Origin: an uncultured delta proteobacterium
GTDB taxonomy: Bacteria > Myxococcota_A > Polyangia > Polyangiales > B10-G4
Length of the DNA: 64,000 bases
Direction: 5' to 3'
Assembly: GCA_963727445.1 (NCBI GenBank)
Contig: CAVSGI010000006.1
Location: 608,001-672,000 of the forward strand
Part shown: piece by piece, positions 31,309-42,339 of the stretch
How the letters are laid out: each line of letters opens with the position of its first letter
How positions within the stretch are numbered: the stretch's first letter is position 1
The notes under the pieces: generated by a model
Database searches by the model: none
What the model saw: only the letters and a program-made list of their open reading frames with translations
Told to the model about the DNA's origin: nothing
Program-made: the position numbers and the translations under genes

Positions 31309-32280
31309 ATGGTCGAGCTCGTCCGCGCGCGGCACATCCCGACGTGGGTCTGTCTCGTCGCCGTGCATGTGTTTGTCGCGTGTGGTGCGAGCGCTCCCGA
31401 GCTCTGGGAGGCGGGTCGCTTCCCAGAGGCGTGTCGCGAGATGGACTACGCACAGAAGCCGCAGTTCCTCGACGCGCTCTACGCCCAGTCTCGCCTCCGC
31501 GTCGACGTGCACGCCTACACCGCGTCGGAGCTGGAGGCGATGCTGCCGGTGGTACCGCCCCTGCTCGTCGACGACAGCCACGTACTGCTCGGGATCCGAG
31601 CCGAGGTGGCGCACGAGGTGAGGGGCTCGCTCGAGATAGCAGTGGCGCCGCGCCTCGGCGGCCGGCAGTTTCGGCTGGAGCCCTTCTGTGCTCCCGTACA
31701 GACCGCTCTCGACCCCAGCCGTGAACCAGAAGTCGCGCCCGAGGGTTGGATGACGCGGCTCGGGCGCACCATGCGGGTCGTCGGCGGCAGCGCCGCCGCG
31801 AGCGTGGCCGACGTAGTGTGGGCCGCGACCGGTGGGGCGGTCGACGCGAGCCCTGGATCCCTCGAGGAGGGGGTCGTCAGTCTTCGCACCCTCGGGGAAG
31901 CCGTGGCGAACGCAGAGGCCGACGACGGGAGCAGTCCCGCGAACGCGGCCGACGAGGAGGCGCGGCAGCGGGCGCTCGCCGAGCGGTCTGCACAGGTCCT
32001 GAACGAGATGCTCAGCGGCTCGCACTGCCGCATCGAGGGCACGACCGCGTGTACACACTTCGCGCTCTACCACACCGACCTTCCCACGATGACGGGCGCC
32101 GATCTGCAGATCATCGTGGCTTACCACGAAGGCGAGCTACCCGATCGCTGCGATGCCAACGACGCGTGGGTGGCCGCTCTCGAGGGGCGCGGGGAAGACC
32201 GCGTCGACGCGATCAACGCGCTCTTCGCTTCCGGACCCGTGACGTTCCCGGATCGGCAGTACACACGAGGCGATCCATAG
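31309..32280 (+). CDS. Hypothetical lipoprotein
   Basis: FVACG lipobox-like signal; protein-like composition. Confidence 0.6.
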   Translation: MVELVRARHIPTWVCLVAVHVFVACGASAPELWEAGRFPEACREMDYAQKPQFLDALYAQSRLRVDVHAYTASELEAMLPVVPPLLVDDSHVLLGIRAEVAHEVRGSLEIAVAPRLGGRQFRLEPFCAPVQTALDPSREPEVAPEGWMTRLGRTMRVVGGSAAASVADVVWAATGGAVDASPGSLEEGVVSLRTLGEAVANAEADDGSSPANAADEEARQRALAERSAQVLNEMLSGSHCRIEGTTACTHFALYHTDLPTMTGADLQIIVAYHEGELPDRCDANDAWVAALEGRGEDRVDAINALFASGPVTFPDRQYTRGDP

Positions 32281-32459
32281 GGCGCATTCGACGAACAGAC
32301 GCTACGCGTCCCTATCAAGTGTACGCGCGGCTGGCGCGCTCACGCAGCGGAGCGGGGTCCGCAATCGACAGCCTTCGTCGACCGATGTTAGACCCGTGTT
32401 CTTCTCGGCGAAGGGCGCCGTCGACGAGGCGGCCCAGAAGGGCGCGAAGTAATCGGTCG

Positions 32460-32732
32460 CTACCGCGCGCGGTCGTACTTCAGCTTCTCGATCGCGCGCC
32501 GGTAGCACTGGATCTCGTTCAGCTGCGGGTTCTGCAGCATCTCGGCCTCGACCAGGCTCTCCGCCACGTCTTCGTCGTGACAGAGGGAGAGCAGCTCGGC
32601 GTGGAGCGCGTCGATCCGCCGCTCCTTGTCGCGCCGGCGGCGTTTCGGTCCGCCCTTCGGCGCGCGGAGGGCGTTGATCACGAGCACGGCGATCACGATG
32701 ACGACGGCGAAGAAGAGGAGGCGGAAGAGCAT
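32460..32732 (-). CDS. Small single-pass membrane protein
   Basis: N-terminal hydrophobic helix, basic linker, helical C-terminus ...YRRAIEKLKYDR. Confidence 0.7.
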   Translation of the reverse strand: MLFRLLFFAVVIVIAVLVINALRAPKGGPKRRRRDKERRIDALHAELLSLCHDEDVAESLVEAEMLQNPQLNEIQCYRRAIEKLKYDRAR

Positions 32733-32817
32733 CGGATCGGGTCGATGCTAACGCGACTCGGCGGGCGAGCCGAAACGCGTTTGACTCGGACCCGCGGCGT
32801 GGAATCATGCCCGACGC

Positions 32818-33249
32818 ATGCGCACCATCCTCCTCGCTCTCCTCTGCATCGCCCCGCTCGCGGCGGCCTGTGAAGACAACAGCATTCCGGCGCCCCCCGA
32901 CGTCGCCGCGCCCCCTGCGGATGCGGAGCGGACGGCCTCCGGCCTCGCGAGCAAAGTGATCGTCGAAGGCACCGGATCGACACACCCGGTCGCGACCGAC
33001 ACCGTCGAGGTCGACTACACGGGTTGGACGACCGACGGAGAGATGTTCGACTCTTCGGTGGCGCGCGGGGAGCCGGCGCAGTTTCCCCTGAACGCCGTGA
33101 TCGCCGGCTGGACCGAAGGGCTGCAGCTCATGGTCGAAGGCGAGACGCGTCGGCTCTGGATCCCGGAGGAGCTGGCCTATGAGGGCAGGGCGGGCGCGCC
33201 CGCGGGCATGCTCGTCTTCGACGTCCATCTGATCCGCATCGTCGAGTGA
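32818..33249 (+). CDS. FKBP-type peptidyl-prolyl cis-trans isomerase (lipoprotein)
   Basis: VDYTGWTTDGEMFDSS, VIAGWTEGLQLM, LWIPEELAY, LVFDVHL. Confidence 0.95.
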   Translation: MRTILLALLCIAPLAAACEDNSIPAPPDVAAPPADAERTASGLASKVIVEGTGSTHPVATDTVEVDYTGWTTDGEMFDSSVARGEPAQFPLNAVIAGWTEGLQLMVEGETRRLWIPEELAYEGRAGAPAGMLVFDVHLIRIVE

Positions 33250-34175
33250 CCGAGGAAGAGGCGAAGGCCTCGGACGCGCCCCGACTCATTGCGCAGGAGC
33301 ACGGCTTGTGGGTGCTCCACAAACCCGCGGGCTATGCGGTGCACCGCACGGGGGACGAGAGCATCCCCGATCTGCAACGGTGGGCCGCCGCCGAGCTCGA
33401 CGCCCCGGCATCTTTGTCTCCGGTTCACCGTCTCGACCGCGAGACCTCCGGCGTGGTCCTCTTCGCGACGGATCCCGAACGCCTCGCCGAGGGCGGAAAG
33501 TGGTTCGCCGAAGGCCTCGTGAAAAAGCGCTACCTGGCGCTGGTCTTCGGTCGCACCCGCCAAAAGGGCATCATCCGCCGCCCGTTGCAGGACGCCCGTC
33601 GGGGCCGCCCCCTCGAGGCGGTGACGCGCTATCGCCAGCTCGGCGCGTACGGCGCCTTCAGCTATCTCGAAGTCCGCCCCGAGACCGGCCGCCGCCACCA
33701 GATCCGCAAACACCTCCACGGCATCGGCCACGCGATCGTCGGCGACACCCGCTACCGCGCCAGGCGCTTCCGCGCCGTCCCCGGCTTCCCCGGCCGCCTC
33801 TGGCTCCACGCCGCCGTGCTCGAGCTGCCCGGCGATCTGCGATACGAGTCGCCGCTTCCTCCGGAGCTCGCCGCGCATCTGACGTCGCTGGAGGAGCGGG
33901 AGCGCGGCCCGGATGCCGAATCGGAGCTCGACCCAGGGGCCGAAGTGAACGCTGTCGGGACAAGCCCGACGCGCGAGGCGCGGACGATGGCGATGATTCC
34001 TCATCGGAGGTGCGGCGGATGGATGCGACGAATGAACGTGCAAGAGCGCAGCGCTCGGGGACCCGGCCTTTCCCCATTCCGACGCATGTCCCCGGGGATC
34101 GGCGCTCACAGACTCGTCCCTTTCCCATCCAGAAGCCGAGCAATCGGACGGGCGGCACTTGCTCCTATCCGGTGA
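33246..34175 (+). CDS. RluA-family pseudouridine synthase (C-terminal ~90 aa doubtful)
   Basis: KPAG, VHRLDRETSGV, TGRRHQIRKHL...HAIVGD, LWLHA. Confidence 0.9.
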   Translation: MTEEEAKASDAPRLIAQEHGLWVLHKPAGYAVHRTGDESIPDLQRWAAAELDAPASLSPVHRLDRETSGVVLFATDPERLAEGGKWFAEGLVKKRYLALVFGRTRQKGIIRRPLQDARRGRPLEAVTRYRQLGAYGAFSYLEVRPETGRRHQIRKHLHGIGHAIVGDTRYRARRFRAVPGFPGRLWLHAAVLELPGDLRYESPLPPELAAHLTSLEERERGPDAESELDPGAEVNAVGTSPTREARTMAMIPHRRCGGWMRRMNVQERSARGPGLSPFRRMSPGIGAHRLVPFPSRSRAIGRAALAPIR

Positions 34176-34348
34176 TCCCGCCCCGCGATCGGTAGAACGC
34201 GCGGAGCCCGCGCTCACCGAGAGCGAGACACGATGCCGGATTGATGGACGATCCGCTCGCGCCCTGACCTCCGCTCCCCATGAGACGAGAGCGGCGATCG
34301 GGATCCGACTCGGAGGATCCTGAAAGGAGCTGGTGCTACGATTGCAGC

Positions 34349-34780
34349 ATGCGGCTGTTTCCGCCGATGCTCGCGCTTCTCTGCCTCTTCGTTTGCGGAT
34401 GCACCACTGAACGGCGGCCGGCGGACGCGGCCTCGGCAGACTCCACCGTCACCGTCGACAGCAGCTCGGACTCGGCGAGCGACGGCGGCGGGATCGGGTG
34501 CGGCGCCTTCGAGTCACCGAATCGTTCCTGCGAGGACATCAGCGGTTGCGTGGTCTTCCTGCATCAGAGCGACTGCTGCGGCTCGACGCGGGCGCTCGGC
34601 GTCAGCGGAGCGGTCGTGCCCGAGCTCGAAGCGGCCGAATCGATGTGCAGTGAAACCTATCCCGACTGCGGCTGCGCCGTGGGCCCCACCGTCGCCGACG
34701 ACGGCACGATGAGCGACGCGGGCAGCCCTGCTTCGGTCAGCTGCGAGAGCGGCGTCTGCACCACGACCTTTCCCGGTTGA
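34349..34780 (+). CDS. Small Cys-rich lipoprotein
   Basis: VCGC lipobox; C...C...DCCG...C...C.C...CESGVC. Confidence 0.75.
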   Translation: MRLFPPMLALLCLFVCGCTTERRPADAASADSTVTVDSSSDSASDGGGIGCGAFESPNRSCEDISGCVVFLHQSDCCGSTRALGVSGAVVPELEAAESMCSETYPDCGCAVGPTVADDGTMSDAGSPASVSCESGVCTTTFPG

Positions 34781-35138
34781 GGGGGTCGCGTCGACTTTCC
34801 GCACGGAAAGTTCGAACGCCGAAGGACCTTCAGGCAGGGGGTAGGTTCTCGTATGAGCCTCGGGGTTCGTCATCGTTCCCGCTGGCGGCACGCCGGAGGC
34901 GCTCGAAGTGCATGTCGTAGAGCGATTTGAACGCATCGCTTCGCGCCCGGCCGTCTCGCGCACCTGCGTGCGACAGGTCGTAGAGCTTTGCCAGACGGTC
35001 GCGAATGTCGGCGTCGACCGCCAGCAACGAACGCGCCTCCTCGACGTCTCCTTTGATCTGCGCGAGAAGCCAGAGAAGCTCCCGGCGGGGGTTCGGTTCG
35101 CGACACGGGGCGTACTTCCCCGGCGCAACGAGAACGAC

Positions 35139-35194
35139 CCGAGGTCACTGATGGTGATTGTTCTCGAGCTTGATGCCGAGCTCCTCGCTCACGA
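35139..35194 (-). repeat. Diverged direct copy of internal groEL segment (36276..36330)
   Basis: 35 bp identical (35160-35194 = 36296-36330), plus 21 bp with 3 substitutions and 1 insertion. Confidence 0.9.
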
Positions 35195-35232
35195 GCCCGC
35201 GTTCTGCTCCCCGATGCGCGCGCTTCACTCGA

Positions 35233-35383
35233 GGCCGTGCGGGAGGGTCCCGGGGGGTTGAGGCGGTCGTGGGGTGCTGGCGGGTGGGAGCACTCAGATG
35301 TTTCGCGACTCGCGCGGCGAAGTGGTCGAGGTCCATCGCCGTTCCCCGACCGCCGATGCCCCCCGGGACCCTCCCGCACGGCC
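35233..35383. repeat. Long inverted repeat with 25-bp perfect arms (MITE- or REP-like)
   Basis: GGCCGTGCGGGAGGGTCCCGGGGGG (35233-35257) and its exact reverse complement (35359-35383); imperfect pairing continues inward. Confidence 0.85.
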
Positions 35384-35420
35384 GGGCACGCATCTCGTTT
35401 CGATCTCGAAGGAGCAGCCC

Positions 35421-35458
35421 GAAAACGAAACGGGCCCGCATCTTTCGATGCGAGCCCG
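35421..35458 (-). terminator. Rho-independent terminator of groESL
   Basis: Minus strand CGGGCTCGCATC-GAAA-GATGCGGGCCCG followed by TTTCGTTTTC. Confidence 0.75.
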
Positions 35459-35471
35459 CTTCATGTTCGGC

Positions 35472-35576
35472 GGCCGGGGGCGTAGTCCCGGCTCGGCCCG
35501 CTTCGCCTCCGGTCCGAGCGCCGCGTGACTTCGTCACGCTCTGCTCGGCCCTGCGGCTACGCGGGCCTCGCCTTCT
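35472..35576 (-). repeat. ~105-nt structured dispersed repeat, copy A (3' UTR of groEL)
   Basis: Shares AGAAGGC...GCAGGGCC...GGACCGGAG...GCCGGGA...CCCCGGCC with 45782..45885; nested stems. Confidence 0.7.
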
Positions 35577-35594
35577 GTGTGGGATGGACTTCTT

Positions 35595-37230
<1,636 letters not shown>

Positions 37231-37246
37231 TGTCTTGTCTCTCTCT

Positions 37247-37542
37247 TCAGCTTCGGTGACTGACACGCCGAGGATGTCGTCTTCGCGGAGGATGAGATGC
37301 TCTTCCCCGTCGATCTTGACCTCGGTGCCGCTGTACTTGCCGAAGAGGACGCGGTCGCCCTTCTTCACTTCGAGGGCGCGGACGTTGCCGTTCTCGGTGA
37401 CCTTGCCGTTGCCAACGGCGACGACCTTGCCCTCGATGGGCTTTTCCTTGGCCGTGTCGGGGATGATGATCCCGCCCTTGGTCATTTCTTCTTCCTTGAC
37501 GCGCTTGACGAGCACGCGGTCCTGAAGCGGACGAATACCCAT
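37247..37542 (-). CDS. groES: Co-chaperonin GroES (3' end affected by an indel)
   Basis: [14 protein letters not shown]...[13 protein letters not shown]...[24 protein letters not shown]. Confidence 0.95.
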
Positions 37543-37611
37543 GGTGTGATCCCTCTTTCGTGAGTGGCCTGAGGCCTGAGGGGGCGGCTAGCCCCCAGAA
37601 GTTAGCGATTG

Positions 37612-37638
37612 TTAGCAGTCGTCAGTGACGAGTGCTAA
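37612..37638. promoter_or_regulatory. CIRCE element (HrcA operator)
   Basis: TTAGCAGTC-N9-GAGTGCTAA, one mismatch to TTAGCACTC-N9-GAGTGCTAA, ~70 nt upstream of groES. Confidence 0.9.
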
Positions 37639-37653
37639 CGGGATGGGAGGCGG

Positions 37654-37681
37654 AACCTAATCCGCCTAAAGCCAGGGTCAA
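37654..37681 (-). promoter_or_regulatory. Putative sigma70-type promoter of groESL
   Basis: TTGACC-N16-TAGGTT just upstream of the CIRCE element. Confidence 0.55.
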
Positions 37682-37879
37682 GGGGCCCGAAATCGCGGCG
37701 TGAGTCAGCTCACGAGCGGCGTGATTCCGGGCACTTGAGCCCGCACCTCTCCCGCGTGCCCCAGGCGTTGGCAGCCGGGGTCCGAGAGTGTCACTAGGCC
37801 CCCCTTCTGGCCGCGCCAGCCCCAATTCGCGGATGCGCAGAAAAAGGACACCCGGCCATTTCTCGTTAGATTGCCTGTC

Positions 37880-38446
37880 ATGACGATCGAGCTCAGCGCT
37901 GACCCTTCGGGGTTCTTCCACGAGCGCCTCACCGAGGCCCTGTCGCGCCGAGGGATGCACCTCTCCGAGACCACCGAGGTCTACCTCGTCCATCTGCTCA
38001 CCGGTTTCGTCCACGTCACCGCGGACGAGGCCCTCGAGAGGCCGCTGGTAGAGCGCATGGCAGACGCCCTGAGCGCGCCCAGCACCACCGAGAGCTTCCG
38101 CCGCTTTCGCGCCCTCGGCGACAACGCCCTCTACATCACCGGCTTCTTCTCCGATCACCTGAGCCGCCGCGGGGTGAGCCGCGGCTACGTGATCGCGATG
38201 GGCGGCCGCGCCTACGTCGCCGCCTCGAGCTACGGCGGCAACCTCTTCGAGGAGCTGGCGGAGAGCTTCGACCACCTGGCGCAGGTCCTCGACGAAGTGC
38301 GCGAGACCACCTCGCTGCGCACACCGCAGGACATCGTCCGCCTCTACGAGCGCTGGCGGCGCACGAAGTCGCCGGCCCTCGCCGAGCGCCTGGAAGCCGA
38401 GGGTGTATTTCCCCAGGGCGCGCCCAAGAAGCAGCTTCTCCATTGA
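37880..38446 (+). CDS. Conserved hypothetical protein
   Basis: YLVHLL, LGDNALYITGFFSDHLSRRGVS..Y.IAMG..AY, LYERWRRT; protein-like helical sequence. Confidence 0.8.
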   Translation: MTIELSADPSGFFHERLTEALSRRGMHLSETTEVYLVHLLTGFVHVTADEALERPLVERMADALSAPSTTESFRRFRALGDNALYITGFFSDHLSRRGVSRGYVIAMGGRAYVAASSYGGNLFEELAESFDHLAQVLDEVRETTSLRTPQDIVRLYERWRRTKSPALAERLEAEGVFPQGAPKKQLLH

Positions 38447-39114
38447 GCACCCCGCTCTCCGAGATCCAGGACGCTCTCTGTCGCCTCTACGATCTACGCG
38501 TCTCGTGCGACGTGAGAGACTACGTCTGCGACGCCGACGCGGTGCGCGTCACCGCGGGGGACGAGCACGACCGAGGTGAGGTGCTGGTGGTGGTCGAAGA
38601 CGAGGAAGGGCTCACCATCGGGCTCTACGTCGATCCCGACGCGTTGTCGCATCTCGAAGAGGCCGGCGGTGATGCCTGGCTCGACGAGGGAAAGCGATGG
38701 GCGGCCTGCCTCGCCACCGAGGGCGTGAGCCACTTCCTCTATCTGGTCTTTCGCGCCGACAACGACATGAGCGTGAGCCAGCTCGAGCTCGAGCTCCAGG
38801 CCGAGGTCGACAAGTACGCGAGTGCCGTCCTCACGGAAGAGCTCGACGCGATGGCCCTCGAGGGCAACGGCGTCCACACCATTCGCGCGCGGAGCCGGGA
38901 GGTGCGACAGCGCCTCTTCGCCGGCGTGCGTTTCCTGGACGGTGCCGAGAGCGCACGTGGGGAGCGCTACCGGACAGCGCATCGCCTCGCGGCTCGCTAC
39001 GCCGCCCGCCTCGAGGAGCGCCACCTCGAGAGCGGCGACATCCGATCGTTTCTGAGGGAGCTCCGACGCTTCTACCGCCACGGGCTCCGAGAGAAGCTCG
39101 AGGCGACACGCTGA
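38443..39114 (+). CDS. Conserved hypothetical protein with EGVSHF...ELELQAEVDKY motif
   Basis: Overlapping start with the upstream gene; motif-rich sequence. Confidence 0.8.
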   Translation: MSTPLSEIQDALCRLYDLRVSCDVRDYVCDADAVRVTAGDEHDRGEVLVVVEDEEGLTIGLYVDPDALSHLEEAGGDAWLDEGKRWAACLATEGVSHFLYLVFRADNDMSVSQLELELQAEVDKYASAVLTEELDAMALEGNGVHTIRARSREVRQRLFAGVRFLDGAESARGERYRTAHRLAARYAARLEERHLESGDIRSFLRELRRFYRHGLREKLEATR

Positions 39115-39168
39115 GCGCTTCACTGCTCGGCATTGGCCGTCCGCGGGGCGCGACTACATGAAGAAGTC

Positions 39169-40056
39169 ATGAGTGCCGACCTCGACAAGATCGCCGCCGC
39201 GGTCGAGCGCGACGAGCTCGACCTCGCCGTCTGGGCGGAGGAGCTCGACTGGGCGACGGCGGAGCGGATGCGCTCGGCGGCACGCATGGCGATCGAGGGG
39301 CTGCCGTTGCCGATCCGCGCCGCGGTCGATCCCCCGCCCGTGCAGAAGCGTCGAACCCTCGAGCGCATCCTCGGCCACCTCCTGGCCGCCCAGGGCGATT
39401 ACACCCTGTTGGCCCGCGCCGAGCGTGTGCTGTGGCTGCGCGGGGGCAGCCACGTTCGCTACCTGTCGGTGCTGGTCCAGGCCGGACGCGCGCTCGAAGC
39501 CGCCAGCCTCGCCCGCGCCCTGGTCGACAGCGCGAAAGGGCAGGAGCGCGAGGCGCTCTTGCGCTTCATCGCCGAGATCTCCCAGCCGCCCGCAGAGTGG
39601 GAGGCCCACGTCGCCCGTCTGGCCGAAGCGCCCACGGAGGAGGCATGGGACGCGCTCTTTCGCTTCACGCCGGGCGAGCATTTCGTCGAGCGCCAGCGCT
39701 ACACCATCGACCTGCTGCTCCGCCTCGGGGTCAGCGCCGATCACATCTTCCATCTCGCAGCCCGCAGCGGTGCCTCGAGTCATCTCCTCGCGTTGGTCGA
39801 AGAGGGGCGGGTCGACCCGAAGGTGATCGAGGCGCACGCCGAGGCGAGCCCCGCGACGGCCATGTGGCTCGGCTACGCGGCGCGCGCGGCCTGTGTGCGG
39901 GGTGACGCTCTCGGAACGCTCCGTCTCTTGCGCCGGGCGCACGTCGGGGTGCGCACGGAGTTCGTCGAGGCGGACCTGCGCTTCATCGCCAATCACGCCG
40001 ACCGGGCCACCCGAGAGGTCCTCGAGAGCGCGGGCGTGGATCTACCGGAAGACTAG
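39169..40056 (+). CDS. Hypothetical alpha-helical protein
   Basis: Long open frame with normal composition; start approximate. Confidence 0.6.
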   Translation: MSADLDKIAAAVERDELDLAVWAEELDWATAERMRSAARMAIEGLPLPIRAAVDPPPVQKRRTLERILGHLLAAQGDYTLLARAERVLWLRGGSHVRYLSVLVQAGRALEAASLARALVDSAKGQEREALLRFIAEISQPPAEWEAHVARLAEAPTEEAWDALFRFTPGEHFVERQRYTIDLLLRLGVSADHIFHLAARSGASSHLLALVEEGRVDPKVIEAHAEASPATAMWLGYAARAACVRGDALGTLRLLRRAHVGVRTEFVEADLRFIANHADRATREVLESAGVDLPED

Positions 40057-40078
40057 TGTCGCCGGGCGGGGCGCCGAC

Positions 40079-40333
40079 TCAGGAGCCGGTGAGCGTGGCC
40101 TCGAGGGCCTTCTCTTCCGCGATGTACTCCTCGACGGCGGAGCGCACGGGACGGTTGAAGTAGACCTTCTTGGCGGCAATCTCGCGCAGGGCGGTGACGG
40201 CAGGGCGGTTCTTGCTGTGAACCAAAGCCGGGGCGCCCTTCATGAGCTGCCGGGTCCGGCGGGAAGCGAGGACCACCAGGGCAAAGCGGTTCTCTTCGTG
40301 CTCGAGGCAGTCTTCTACGGTGACGCGCGCCAT
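40079..40333 (-). CDS. rpoZ: RNA polymerase omega subunit
   Basis: [27 protein letters not shown]...ALREIA. Confidence 0.95.
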   Translation of the reverse strand: MARVTVEDCLEHEENRFALVVLASRRTRQLMKGAPALVHSKNRPAVTALREIAAKKVYFNRPVRSAVEEYIAEEKALEATLTGS

Positions 40334-40602
40334 GGATTCTCCGTGAGGGCTGGGGCCAGCTCGGGCCTCAGCGGGGCGCGAAACCTAGCAGCGCCTGTGG
40401 GGACAGGCAAGAACCGCTGGTACCGAAATCCACCCAGCGTGAAAATGATGAAGAATCGAGGCGTGGGCGCATCTCGGCAATCCAGGCACATGGCCCTCGG
40501 GCCAGAGCCGCCACTAAACCTGCCGTCCGGGTCGACGTGGCGCTTTACCTGATGAGAGAGGGCCGATAGCATCATCTCCCCCTAGCCACGTAGCCCTCCT
40601 TC

Positions 40603-42323
40603 ATGGCTCGACTGACCATCTTCAGCCCGGATGGGCGCATGGAGCGAGAGCTCCTGCCCCACAACACCCTGGGCCGTCATCCCGAGAACACGATCCAGCT
40701 CTTGGACCGGATCGTGTCGAAGGAGCATTGTCACGTCGACCAGATCGACGGCAACTGGGTGCTCAAGGACCTCGGCTCGCTCAACGGCACCTTCGTCAAC
40801 GGCGAGCGGGTATCGGAGCGCGTGCTGTCCCAGGGCGACGAGATCTCCCTCGGCTCGACGCGCATGGTCTTCCAGATCGAGCCCATCGACGACGTGAAGC
40901 TCGCGCCCTCGGCCGCTCCCCCGCCGGGTCAGGCGCCGGAGCCCGGGGATGGTGCGCCGGTGGCCCCGGGTCAGGCAGCGGCCCAGGCGCAGGCCGCGCA
41001 GAAGATGTCACGGGTGACCATCGCGCCGGGGATGGTCGAGAGCCACATCCGCACCAAGCTCCAGCCGCTCCTCGATCAGAACTTCCTGCCCGAGCGTCTG
41101 GTGAACGACACCGCGACGCTTCGCGCCGACTACGAAAAGCTCCGCGTCAGCTACGAGGTCATCAAGGCCATCGGCGTCGAGCTCGACGTCGACAAGCTGC
41201 TGACGAAGATCCTCGACTGCGCGTTCCAGCTCCTGCCCGCCGACCGCGGCGTCGTGCTCCTCTACGGCGAGGAGCGGGAGCTCGAGCCGCGCTGCGTCCG
41301 CACCAAGAAGGCCCTCGCCGAGGGCGAGGACGTGGTGCTCTCCACCACGATCATCAACGAGGTGCTGCGGGACAAGACGGCGGTGCTCTCGAGCGATGCC
41401 TCGGTGGACTCCCGCTTCCAGGGCGCCCACTCGATCATCATGCAGGGCATCCGCTCCTCCATGGCGGTGCCGCTCCTGCACAGCGGCGAGATCTTCGGCG
41501 TCCTGGTGCTGGACTCCCAGATCGCGGCCAACGCCTTCACCGAGAAGGACCTCTCGCTCTTCCAGAACATCGGCAACCAGGCCGCCATCGCCATCCAGAA
41601 CAGCCTCTACGCCGCCAAGCTCGAGGCCGAGGCGGTCACCCGCGAGCGCTTCCAACGGCTGCTCTCGCCCGCCATCGCCGAGCAGGTCCTGAGCGGCAAG
41701 GTCGAGGTCAAGAAGGGCGGCGAGCTCCGCGACACCACCATCCTCTTCACCGACATCCGCGGCTTCACCGCGATGGAGCGAGTCGCGTGCCGCGCAGAAC
41801 GTCGTCGAGATGCTCAACGAGTACTTCGAGCTGATGGTGGAGATCATCTTCGAGCACGAAGGGCACGCTCGACAAGTTCGTCGGCGACGAGATCATGGCG
41901 CTCTTCGGTGCGCCGGTGGCGCACTCCGACGATCCGTACCGCGCGGTGAAGACCGCGCTGGAGATGCTCGACCATTCTCGAGCAGTTCAATCGAGCGCCG
42001 CATCGCCAAGGGCGAGGACGCGGTGGCCATCGGCATCGGCATCAACACCGGCGAGGTGCGTCGCGGGCTACCTCGGCTCGAGCAAGGCGCTCGAGTACAC
42101 GGTGATCGGCGACGCCGTGAACACCGGCGCGCGTCTGTGCTCGCTCGCGAAGGCGGGTGAGATCATCATCAGTGAAACCACCTACAACCGGGTGAAGGAC
42201 TACTTCGAGGTCGTCGAGCTTCCGCCGACGTCGGTGAAGGGCAAGTCGAAGCCGCTCAAGATCTTCAACGTGATCCGCGAGCGGACCGGCAACTTCTCCA
42301 GCGACCTCACCCGTCCCCAATAA
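40603..42323 (+). CDS. FHA + GAF + class III adenylate/guanylate cyclase (several indels in the cyclase domain)
   Basis: LGRHPEN...VSKEHC...DLGSLNGT (FHA); SMAVPL...FTEKDL (GAF); ILFTDIRGFT, DKFVGD, GIGINTG, YTVIGDAVNTGARL across frames. Confidence 0.9.
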
Positions 42324-42339
42324 GGGAAACAACCATCTG

